Below are positions 12,119-23,663 of a stretch of 64,000 nucleotides of DNA, piece after piece. Origin of the DNA: Podarcis muralis. Its lineage: Eukaryota. A program made the position numbers and the translations under genes. How positions within the stretch are numbered: the stretch's first letter is position 1; each line of letters starts with the position of its first letter. The stretch spans positions 30,070,001 to 30,134,000 of the forward strand of contig NC_135668.1 in NCBI RefSeq assembly GCF_964188315.1, in the 5' to 3' direction. Below the pieces are notes generated by a model. That model worked only from the letters and a program-made list of their open reading frames with translations, was not told the DNA's origin and did no database searches.

Positions 12119-13652
12119 ATGAGTGTCCCGGACGCGGTGCGCCTGCTGGACGCCGCGGATTTCGCGGCCCGGAAGCACGCGGCGCAGCGCCGCAAAGACC
12201 CGGAAGGCACGCCGTACATCAACCACCCCATCGGTGAGCAGTTTCCTGAGCATGTGCAGTGTGCGCTTTATTCCGCAATTCAGTGGGGAAGGGGGCTTCA
12301 CTTCCAGCTCGTCTTCTGTTGTGGATGCATTAGTTGAGATTCCTACATTGCAGGGGGTTGGACTAGATGGCCCTCGGGATCCCTTCCATTTCTACAATTC
12401 TATTATTCCTTTTAGAAGCTAAGTACTGCCCCTCTGTCTAACACCCCCCACAGGTGTAGCCCAGATACTGGCACAGGAAGCTGGAATAACGGAAATTGCA
12501 ATACTACAGGTAAGGGCACCCCCTCTCCCCCGCTGATATTTTCTCTGTCCTAGTTTAAAGCTTCCAAGCACAGCTTGGCAAGGCTTAGCCTGGAAAACTC
12601 ACAATAAGTGTGCCATTAAGCATGTGTGAATAGCTTTGCATTCCTGCAGAGAAGTACTTCAAAGAAGAGGGCAGGGTGTTGGGGATCAAAGTCCTTTAGA
12701 AACTGAGCATCAAGAACCTCCTATTTCCAGGCTGCTCTCCTCCATGACACTGTTGAAGACACAGACACCACCTTCTCAGAGATCGAGGAGCACTTCGGGG
12801 AGGAAGTGAGGCGAATTGTGGAGGAAGTGACGGATGACAAGACTTTGGTCAAGAAGGAGCGCAAGCGGCTGCAGATTGAACAAGCAGCTCAGAGCAGCCG
12901 AGAGGCCAAGCTGGTGAAACTGGCAGACAAGCTGTACAACCTGCGAGATCTCAACCGCTGCACACCCCGAGGTCCGTCTCTGGCCAGCCACCTTGGGTAG
13001 CCCTTCTGAAAGGAGGGGGAGTAGCTGGCATGGGATGGCAGGATCCTTGCTGTCCTTTTCTGTGTTACAGAACAGGAGCTCAATAACTAATTTATTAAGA
13101 CTTCTGCTCTGTATCTATAATCTGGTGGGGGCAGGATCTAGTACAGCATTTTAAAATATTCAGCTTGGACAAAACATAATACAAAACCTTCCTATGCTGT
13201 ACACAGTTCTGGCCACACACAAAAATGAGTTCAAATATCAAAGTCATGTAGCTTTTCCCAAATTAGTCTCTGGTGAACACTGCTGTCAACTGAAGAGTCA
13301 AATACCTATGAGAACAGATTTAGCTAGTAGACATCAATGCTGTTGTGGAACAGGTCAGGGAGATCACACAGTCTCCACCCCACTTATTGAGCGGCTCTGA
13401 TCCCCTCCTTAAAGTAGCAAAGCAAGTCCAGCTGTCACAATGTGTGGCAAAGCAGTAGTCAGGCTTGTGTATGGATGCAAGTGTGAATTTCTGACTTGTG
13501 GGTTTGTCTCTCTTTGGCCAGGCTGGTCCGAGAACCGAGTCCAGGAGTACTTCCACTGGGCTTCGAAGGTAGTGACGGGCTTGCGCGGGACAAACCCGGT
13601 GTTGGAGGAAAAATTGTGGCTGCTGTTTAAAGCCAGAGGGCTACCTGAGTGA
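12119..13652 (+). CDS. HDDC3: HD domain-containing protein 3 / MESH1 (ppGpp hydrolase, NADPH phosphatase), 180 aa
   Basis: Exons 12119-12233, 12454-12509, 12731-12971, 13522-13652 (543 nt). [39 protein letters not shown] (HD motif), [23 protein letters not shown]. Confidence 0.96.
12336..12405 (+). mobile_element. CR1 LINE 3' tail
   Basis: gggttggactagatg...cccttcca..tctacaattcta CR1 terminus; same motif at 52035-52088. Confidence 0.6.
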
Positions 13653-13975
13653 CATGGCTAAGCTGCAGCCAAATCCACTGGAAGAGAAAGGAGGCCACAA
13701 AGCTTGCTGAGCTACTAGGTAAAAAATGGAGAAGAATTTCGCCAGTTTGTCTGCAGTCCCACTTACTCTTATCCTGCCTCACTAGGTACTCTCAGTGTAA
13801 AGTGATGCCTTCTACATATATTTGGAATACTCTGAAAGTATGCTGGAAACAAGGCAATCTCGCCAGATGCCTTATCCATCCTCTGGAACAAGTGTAGACA
13901 TTATGGCATACAAGGGGAGAGGATGAAAGTAGCTCACTTCTTTCTCTGCCCCCCACCCCACCCCCAGTCTCTGCA

Positions 13976-13981
13976 AATAAA
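13976..13981 (+). terminator. Candidate poly(A) signal of HDDC3
   Basis: AATAAA 324 bp after the stop; a second at 14261-14266. Confidence 0.45.
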
Positions 13982-14689
13982 GAAGGCGGCAACCTAAGGG
14001 TACCACTTGGCCTACTCCTTTCCCCACATGGCCTGGCTATTGCAGCACCTTTGGAGGGCAGGACTACAAAGAACTCTCTCACCCCTGCAGTTCAAGCACA
14101 GCATCCTTCTCTCAGCTCATTATGGGCATCTAGAGAAGATCACATTGCACTATGGTTCCTGGAGCATAATGGAGTGTCTCCGTTCCCAGGATCTTACTTC
14201 TCTCACCCACCCACCTTGCTTGGCTGGATAGCAAAAGCATGTATGTTGAGAGTGGTTCTCAATAAAAGCCTTGAGCAAGTTGTGACTCCGCATTGGCATC
14301 AGTCTATAAAACCTGCAAGGAGGTGGGTTTATTCCCTGGCTATCGGTGAGGGGTAGTGGGAGGGTTTCCAGCTTCAAGGATGGGGTGAGTGGGAGTGCTG
14401 CCCCTGGTATAAATCACCAAAACAAAGTTTCTCCAGATGATAATGCTTTTCTCCTTGGGCTCATGGAACTGACCAGGCATTAATGCACCAATGAAGTGGC
14501 TGGCCTGACAACGTTAGAAAAGGAAACTGCCCCAAGGGTGGTCACAGTTTGCTTTGGGACTAAGGAGGGGAGAGATCTCCGAGAGGTGAACGCTCGCCTA
14601 GGAAGGGAGCTGGCTGGGTTGGGGGGGCAGCCCCCCTCCCCCAGGGATGGGGCAGTATGCACCGAAGCAGCCTGCTGCGAGGAAGACAA

Positions 14690-14959
14690 GTAGCGTTCCC
14701 TCTTAGCAGGGAAACAAATGCGGCCGCGGTTGGCTCTGCCCTCCCAGCATCACCGGGCAGCCAATGAGAAGTTTCCCCACCACCTCAACGAGGAAAAATG
14801 GGGGAGTCGGAACAATAATAAGAGCGGACGAGGGCGCGAACGGAAGCCGGCTGGGCCGCGTTGTCATGGCAGCAGGTCCATTTCCGGGCTGTCCCGGCAA
14901 CAACAGCGTTCGCTGTGGAGGGTTCCGGGAAGGAAGGGCGACGTCCTACCCTACCAGCC
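14690..14959 (+). promoter_or_regulatory. CpG-island promoter of VPS33B
   Basis: CpG-rich; CCAAT at 14761, ETS cggaag at 14841, X-box-like gttgtcatggcagc at 14860-14873. Confidence 0.55.
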
Positions 14960-17900
14960 ATGGCATCCCCCGGCCACCGCGACGCCCCGGAGCTGCCGGA
15001 CTTCAGTCTTCTGAAGCGCCTGGCGCGGGACCAGCTGGTCTACTTGCTGGAGCAGGTGGGATGGGCGGGTACTGGGGCGAAAGCGAAAGCTGCTCCCCAT
15101 GGCCCTTGCGTGGCAATGACGCTTCGCCTCTTTCTCCGTCTCGCTGCAGCTCCCCGGCAAGAAAGATCTGTTCATCGAGGCCGACCTGATGAGCCCCCTC
15201 GACCGCATCGCCAACGTCTCCATCCTCAAGGTGCGCGAGGAGCTCCCCGCTTGCTTCCTCTTCCTGCTCTTTCAGGCAGGCAGTAATTCGGCAGGAGCAG
15301 CTTCTCGCCCCCGCCCCCGTGTAGTACAGACAGCGGTGGGAAGGCTTCCCATGTTGCGACTGCCCGGGCTTTAAGGCAGCTGCTGAAAGCACAAAAGCTC
15401 ACCTAGGAGAAAAGGGCAAGGGGCGGGGAGACTGACATGAGGATGCTGGGGTGAGGAATTGAACGTGGAGGATCCCACTTGAGCTGTGCCTACTGGCAAC
15501 TTCTGTCCAATTTCGTTGCTGCATAAATCTCAGGAAATGGGGAAAGAGGAAAAGGGAGTCACACCCCCCCACCACCACCACCCTCAAGAAGCAGGGGTGC
15601 TGTGCAGGATGTGGAGCTGATCATTCTCTGCTTCCATCTCTCTTTGCAGCAACATGAAGTGGACAAACTTTACAAAGTGGAGAATAAACCAGCCCACAGT
15701 ACCAGTGATCAGTAAGTGTGAGGCAGGAGGCCTGCCCTGTCTGGCCAGGGCTTACTGAGCCTGCTGCATGGGGTTGCCTGCCTGCCTCTTTTCTGCTTGC
15801 CAGGGAAAGGCGGTGTTTCTCCATCCCTGAGCCGTGGGACAAGGTCACCCACAGGCAGACAGAGCAGAGCTGTTTCTAAGACTACTCCTTTCATGTTGTC
15901 TGTTTTGTTTCTTTCTCCCAAGATTGTGCTTTTTGGTGCGGCCACGGATCAGGAACATGAAGTACGTGGCAGGTAAGTTGGTGGTTTGCATGTGCTGGCC
16001 TGAGGGAGGAGCAATAATGGTAGTTGTCAGTGGTAGATCTGATTTACATGCCAAAAGTTCCAGGTTCAATCTCCAGGTAGGGCTGGGAATGTCTCCCTGC
16101 CTCAAACCTTGGAGAACTGCTGCCAGTCAGTGTAGAAAATACTGAACTAAATGGACCAAGGCTGCTTCTTAGCTCCCAGGCTTAGCAGGAGGTCCCAGTA
16201 TGGACAGTCTGTGCTGAGCACCTCTGAAAGGAATATGAACCGCGTAGTGGTCTGATTATAGCAGTGCCCTGAGCAATTATGGAAGAAGGGTATCATGACT
16301 AGGTTAGAGCAGAAGTCTTATCTACCCTGCCTACGGTAATGTTTCAGGCTGCTACCAGAATTCAGGGGGATGCTGGGTAATTGGGGAGTGGGTTTCAGCC
16401 TGTCTCTTCTCCTGGTTCTTGGCAGTCTGCCTACCTGCATCTATCTCAACAGGTATTTCTACCACACACCCCAAGCTGCAAGAGTATGGGACTAAGGGGT
16501 CTTTGTGCAAGTTCCTGGGGTGTTCTGTATTATTACAATCTGTTGCAAAGCTGCCTTGAGATTAAATTAAAAATATTCTAAATAAAAAAATGTGGACAGC
16601 CTTTTCCTGGATTGCCTAGAAAGGGCTTGGCCAGCCTTGCCTGCTCCTTGACTCATTTTTCCCCCCCTAGACATAGTAAACGCCGATAAGGCAGCTGGCC
16701 GGACCCGCAAGTACAAGATTATCTTCAGTCCTCAGAAGGCGAGTCTCTTGTAGCCGGGAGTTGTGGGGTCGGGTTTCTTGGGATTTACCTTCCAAGTAGT
16801 CCAGGGGTAGCTCAGCAATGATGTGATGTGTGGACCTTCTGAAGTGCTGCTGGCTGGCTGGTCCCTCTGGCTGGGTGGTATTTCCCAGTCTGGGCTGTGG
16901 CTGCTGCCTGGGCTGCCCAGCTCTAAGAAGCATTGATTTGTGGGCAATACTGAGCTAGATGAACCAATGTTTTGATTTGTTATAAGGCAGCTTCCTGTGT
17001 AGTCTGGCCAGTGGGTGGTATATGGGTGTAGAATTAGGGGGGGGTCTCTTTTATCTCCCAAGCCCCCAGACGTTTGGTTGAGCTTAACATGTTTCAATTT
17101 AGCCACTGCCAATTTCACTCTTTGCAACAGTTTAGAGGCTAAAATTGGTTGTGCCTGTAAAACACCCTCCTCTGCCCTTGGAGGAGTCTCTTCAGTTTTT
17201 CTCAGTAGAATGGGGTTCTAGGGACACTTAGACTGCTTGTTCCCAAGGCTGCCTGGAGCTGATTGTCTTCTCCAACCTTTTCCAGTTCTACACATGTGAG
17301 ATGGTGCTGGAAGAAGAGGGGATCTATGGGGGTGAGTTCAGAGACAGAGAACAGAGATTTTGCTTGGCAGAACATCAGGATCAAAGTCAGCGGGTGGGGA
17401 GGGGGCTGTACTTGAGGAAAGCAGCAGTTCAGCTGGTGATTGGCTCCCCGGCATCCCCTTCCCCAAGCTCAGAAACTTTGAGCAACGCTGTCCTGTTCAT
17501 GCTTACTCAAAAGTAAGACGCACTGTGTTTCATAAGGCTAACTTCCAGTTAAATGGCATAAGATTGCAGTCTGAATATGCCAGTGTTCATTGTTCCGTGT
17601 ATGGGATTGATCTGTGTTGTATTAATTTGTGGTTAGTTTTTCATCTTTTAAGGTATTTTGATCATGTTTTAAGATGATTGTTCACTATGCTGGACAATAC
17701 CAGGAGGAAGGGTTGGGTATAAGAAGAATGAATGAATAAGTAATATTGCTACGTTTAAAATAAAATAAAAAAAACACCTCTGACCATTCACCTGAGTTAC
17801 TCCAAGCAGCTAATTTAAGGCAGTGGAGAGGTTGTATCATGGGTCAAAGGCAAAATCCCCCTTGTGTTGTCCTGGTTCCTTGGCAGACGTGACCTGGGAT

Positions 17901-20900
17901 GAGTGGTCCTTCTACTTACTCCCTTTGGACGATGACATCATCAGCATGGAGCTCCCGGAATTCTTCCGTGACTATTTCCTGGTCAGTATTGACTCCTGCA
18001 ATGTCTCTATCTATTCACACTGCCCTCCTCCCCCTTGTTTGCCTCAGTGTCACACAGCAAGTACCAGCTCAAGAATTTTAGGCACAACTTCCATTTCCAC
18101 CCTCTTGTGTCAATCACAGCTTCCTTCTCTTGTGCCCCAGTAGGAAGGAGACCAGCGCTGGATCAGCACTGTGGCCCAGGCCTTGCAACTGATGAACTCT
18201 CTCTATGGACCATTCAGCAGGACCTACGGAATTGGCCGGTGTGCTAAGGTGGGGCTTTGTTGGTACAGGAGGATCAGCTGAAAGAATGTGAGAGGGGCCT
18301 GGTCCAGAGAGCAGAAAGTCTCTGGGTAGGATGGGGTGGGCATGTATTGAGTATATAGCAGAAAGAGCTCTGAATACAGATGTTTCCAAGAGCTTTCCTC
18401 CACATTGGTGAGACCTTAGAATCATATCATAGTGGGTAGCAAAGTTAGTGCAAGACAAGCAAGCAGCTGGATTCTGTCAAGTCACTTAAACGGGGCTGTT
18501 GGGGTCAGAGGCAGGATTCCTGCCTCCTTGATGGGGGCCCCTCCCAGCTACACTGGTTGGGCTGACGGGCAGGTCTGATCTTCTCCCAGATGGTCCATGA
18601 ACTCTGGCGCGAAGTGGTGGAGGAAAGCGACGTTGACAGTGTGGGCCGGAAGCCAGAGATTGGTCACGTATTCCTTGTGGACAGAGGTAAGGGCATGAGA
18701 AGTAGGTTCTGTTAGACGGGCAGATGGGGCCTGGTGTCATGCCTGGAGTCCTGGCCCAAGGTCGTGACTGGTAGTTTCTGAAAGAGCCTAAGCATTCATC
18801 TGTGTAATTCAAGCAAGTACAGCTATTTTTGCTAAGCTGAGATGCATGAAATGCTGTAAAACAAAACAGATCTCCTGGACGTGGGACCCTGTCTTCAGTG
18901 AATTCAGATCTTTGGTCCACCTAGCTCTAGGGGCAGCTATTCAGGATTTCAGGCAGAGTCTCTCTCCCAGCTCTTGCCTGGAGATGCCATTGAACCTGAT
19001 GCCCTCTGCATGCAAGGCAGTTTCTCTGCCTAGGATGGCCCTTCCCTCTTATGGGTGTGGGTGGGGAAGAAGCCTAGGGTGTACACCCCCTCTCCTCCCA
19101 GGAGATGTCCCCTTCTGTTCTGATACTCTTTTCTGCCACCTGCCCATCTCACCCCTCTCCTGGCTCTCTTTTCAGACGTGGATTATGTCACAGCCCTTTG
19201 TTCCCAGGTTGTGTACGAAGGCCTGGTGGACGATACCTTCCGCATCAAGTGTGGTAAGTTTCCATTCCGGGGGGGCGGGCTGCTTCCCCACCTGCTACCT
19301 CTCCAAAGGTCAGGAGGGCCTGCCTGCCTCCCAGAACAGTAATTGATCAGCTGACACTTGGGAGCAGAGGCTGCTCGCAGGCCAGATGTCCTGTCAAGCG
19401 AGCACCCTGGTGAATTCACTTTCTGCAGGGAGCGTTGACTTTGGCCCAGATGTCACCTCCTCCGATCGGAGCATCAAAGTCCTGCTAAATGCTCAGGACA
19501 AGGTGAGTGTCTGCCTTCCCTTCTCCTCCTGAAGGCAGGCTTGGTCAGGGAATTTAAGGCCTCTCGATAGCAGCAGAAGGTGCTGCCCTGTTGTGGGGGC
19601 AAGTGGTGGGAGCACTAGTGCTGTGAGCTGAGGGTTGGCCTAAATGGGGGTGGGGGGAGCTAGGTGCTGTCTGGCCACCCTACTTGCCTCTCCCTGCAGG
19701 TCTTCAGTCAGATCCGCAACGAGCACTTCTCCAGTGTCTTCGGTTTCCTGAGCCAGAAGGCCCGGAACCTGCAGGCGCAGTATGACGTGAGTGGGATAAG
19801 CGGAGAGGGGCAGTGGGGGGCGGGTAGGATTCCTGGATACCTCAGGATGCAAGAAGTGTTCTCCCTTTGCAGCGACGGCGAGGGATGGACATCAAGCAGA
19901 TGAAGAACTTTGTCTCCCAGGAACTGAAAGGCTTGAAGCAAGAGCATCGCCTGTTGAGTCTCCGTAGGTCTCCTCCTCTCCCTCCTGGGGCAACAACATC
20001 AAATGGGCGAGGAGCAGCTAGGAGCAGCAGAGTGTCATCATTGACTTCCTTCTACAGACCTGGCCCGGTAGCCTCGTTCTGGGGTGGGGAACCTGTAGCC
20101 CATGAGCCACATGCTGCCTTTTGCCCATGGAGAGCAGGAGAACAATGGGGTTGAAGTGGCACAAGGAGAGAGGGTGGGAAGAGTGCTGTGCACCCCTGCA
20201 GTGCTGTAAACTCCATCCCCTGTCAGCAACAGCTTGTGATTTGTCTTTTCCTCTGGGTCAGTGCCTCCCTTGATTAGTGCTGCCCTAGTTCAAGAGTCTT
20301 CCTTGTGCCTGCAGATATTGGAGCATGCGAATCCATCATGAAGAAAAAAACCAAGCAAGATTTCCAGGAGCTGCTGAAGACAGAGCATGGTGAGATTCTG
20401 ACCTTTCCCCACTCGATCTAGCTTCCTGAGCCCTAAGAGCCTCATTTTCAGGCATGTAAAAATCCAGGTGCTCAGTAGCTGAAGAAGCCAGGAAGCTGGT
20501 TTTACATCTTTTCAGGCTTCTAGAATATCTTACTGCCTCCTGAGTTTTGGAAAAAAACCAAAAGCCCTCAGTGCCTTAGATGTTCTTGTTGCTATTTCTC
20601 TCCCCTCAACTGAAATTCCATGCTTGCTACACCCAAGATTTGGACCACTAAACAATCAAGAATTTATCTATTGCAGTTGAAGACCTAATAACTTGATGAT
20701 AATACTCAGGTGCTGAATTTGGGGAGTTAGACTGGAAGACAAGAGAGAGAGACAATGGGGTGACCGGAGAGGGAACCCCCCCATGCTTGCCAATCTCAGG
20801 GCTCCTTTCTGTTTCAAAACTGGTACAGTTAAGAGGGTTCTCAGCCTCAACTGATGGATTCTTATGGAACAGTTTGTGCTTTCTAACCCAGAAGGTTTAC

Positions 20901-23663
20901 AAGTGCCTCTGAGCATGGCTGTTGCAAGATATGCTGCTGGGAAGCAAAGGGATTTTTTTGAGGGGAGGGGGAGCATACTGAAACTCTCTAGTAGAGTTAG
21001 AAAGAATGGGCTGATTCTGCTCTCCCCGCCCCCTGCCCCGCTTGACTTTGCAGCCCTCCTGGAAGGATTTGACCTCCGCGACAGTATCAGCTTCATTGAA
21101 GAGCACATTGACCGACAGGTAAGGGAGAGGCCCGGGGTGGGGAGAAAATGCAAGCACTGACCTCAGTTGGTGTCTGGGTTCACCAGATCATATAATTGTA
21201 CAAAAAGTTAAAACTTCTTTCTCCCTCCTTGCAGGTCTCCCCCCTTGAGAGTCTGCGCATGCTGTGCCTGCTGTCCATCACGGAGAACGGTGGGTGCTCT
21301 GCTGCAGGAGGAGGGGAGCCATGGGAGCATGCAGGGGTGTGCTGCAGCGCATTCACATCTCCTTTCTTCTGGTTGCTCCAGGGTTCGCCCCCAAGGACTA
21401 TCGCTCCCTGAAAACCCAGTACCTCCAGGTGAGGCGGGAAGGAAGCAGCCCTCCTTTGGGCAGGAGGAGAGGGAAATTGGCTTTCCTGAGCCTCTGTAGA
21501 TGTGCAGTTCCTCCTGGCTGGTGCTGGTCCTGCTGGACTCATGCTCCCCTTTGTTGTGATCCCCTGCAGTCCTCCTCTGCCCTGATGCTCATCTCCCCCC
21601 ACCCTTCCCTTCTAGAGCTATGGACCAGAGCATCTGCTGACCTTCCATAACCTGAAGCACCTGGGGCTCCTGACAGAGCAGGTGCCAGGGGAGACCCTGA
21701 CAGCCGTGGAGAACAAAGTCAGCAAGCTGGTGACAGACAGAGCGGCAGGTACAGCATCCTGCAGCAGCAGTTTCCCTTTGGAGCCTCTGTGTGTCCTGTG
21801 GAGGGGCATCCGGATGAGCCAGGAAGGAGCAGCTCCTCAGCAGAGCAGACAAGAGCTCAGTGCTCCTTGAAACATTGTTGGCCCCAATGACCAGCTTCCT
21901 TTTGCCCTCCTCTTCCAGGGAAGCTCTCGGATGCCTTCAACTCACTAGCCAGGAAGAGCAATTTCCGAGGCATCAGCAAGAAGCTGGGACTAGTGAGTGC
22001 TATGCGGGGGGTGGAGCCGTGAGGTCGGTGTGGGGCAGCAGGCATCCTGATAAGACAAATCTCTCCCCCTTCTCCAGATCCCCCGTGTGGATGGCGAGTA
22101 CAACCTGAAAGTGCCCCGGGACATGGCGTACGTCTTCAGCGGTGCCTACATCCCCCTGAGCTGCAAGTTGATAGAGCAGGTGCAAACCAGATCCCCCCTC
22201 TTCCCTTGTGGCCCTGGCCAGCCTCCCAAGAGAGGCCCCAGTGCCCATGTCCCTTATTGTGGCTTCTGCTGACTGCTGCCATCTTGGCTGCCTCATGCAG
22301 GTGCTGGAGCGCAAGAGCTGGCTGGGCCTGGAGGAGGTGGTGCGGCTCCTCGGGGGAAATGAATTTTCTGTTGCAGGTCAGTGACTGGGAGCAAAGAGTG
22401 GGCAGCACCAACATGCTCTTGTCAATGCTCTTTCACCCCATGGGGTATTCTCTTGTTATCATTTCCCCCACGTGTGATAACATACGTCCTCTGGGCATGG
22501 AGTGGCGTGGGGATTCGCCATAGCCTGAGCAGTACAGGAAGCTGTGTACGTTCCCTCTGTTGTATCTCTGGAGTGGTGGTTAGACATTATACTCATTATT
22601 TTTTAAAAATGCAGCATGCCTTCTTGACTTTTTGAAAAAACTAACCAAGGTGGTTAATACATTTTTGTAAAACACGACATTATCAAGCACCAGAGCTTGA
22701 AGTGAGGAAGGTGCTTCATACCATCTAGGACACTGACTGAGAGCAGCTCTCTGCGGATTGAGGCAGAGTTCCCCCCCCCCCCCAGCCCTCCCTGATATAT
22801 AACACTAACACACACAAACACACCTGCTTCAGTTGTGTGTTCATGCCTGCCTGGAGCTTAAGCATTTCCTTGGAATTAAACCAAGGGAGACCAGCTGCAT
22901 CCTCCTCTGTTCTCCTTGCAGATACCACTGTGGAGGAGAATCCTGCCTGGGACTCCCAGCGCATCGTTCTGGCCATCTTCTTAGGTGGCTGCACCTTCTC
23001 TGAGATCTCAGCTCTTCGCTTCCTTGGCAGAGAAAGAGGTAAAAGCACTCCTTGAGCCAGAGGCAGCAGTGGCTTGGGAACTGGCAGTGGGCCTGCCCTG
23101 GTTTATGATCCCAGACAACTGTTTGTTTGGCATAATACATCTTTTTAAAAACTATTTTAAATGTAAGAGGAAATCAAAGATCTAGCCCTTACAAAGTTTG
23201 AAAAAGGGATTAGAAGCTGGAGAGGCCTCTGTGTATAGCTCAGTGTTCCCCAACCTTGGGCCTCCAGCTGTTTTTGGACTACAATTCCCATCATCCTTGA
23301 CCACTGGTCTTGCTAGTCAGGTATGATGGGAGTTGTAGTCCAAAAACAGCTGGAGGCCCAAGGTTGGGGAACACTGGTATAGCTCCTTGTAATACATTGC
23401 TTAATAAATTATGCAGATAAGCAAACACCTGCAAGCTTCCTAAATTAACATATTTTCAAGGCTTTGAATTTAGCTATTTTTGCCTCTCTTAGAGCAAGCC
23501 AGTGGAGGCTTTTGTTCTCACCAGACTCCAGGCAGCCTGTGTTTGCCTTTTGCAATTTCACTCTCTGGCTCCCCTTTTTGCAGGGATCAGGTTCATCTTC
23601 CTGACGACAGCCATCACCAACAGTGCCCGGCTGCTGGAATCAATGATAGAGACAAGGGCATGA
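14960..23663 (+). CDS. VPS33B: Vacuolar protein sorting-associated protein 33B (Sec1/Munc18 family), 617 aa
   Basis: 23 exons: 14960-15055, 15150-15230, 15650-15711, 15923-15972, 16671-16738, 17286-17331, 17887-17981, 18144-18248, 18590-18686, 19176-19253, 19429-19502, 19700-19786, 19873-19963, 20315-20389, 21054-21118, 21235-21289, 21382-21428, 21616-21748, 21919-21992, 22078-22179, 22301-22376, 22922-23038, 23584-23663. Sum 1854 nt = 617 aa plus stop, the human length as recalled. N-terminus [19 protein letters not shown]. Confidence 0.97.
23241..23376. mobile_element. Palindromic non-autonomous hAT MITE (136 bp)
   Basis: Long perfect TIR cagtgttccccaaccttgggcctccagctgtttttggactacaa; 8-bp TSD gtatagct at 23233-23240 and 23377-23384. 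Confidence 0.9.
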
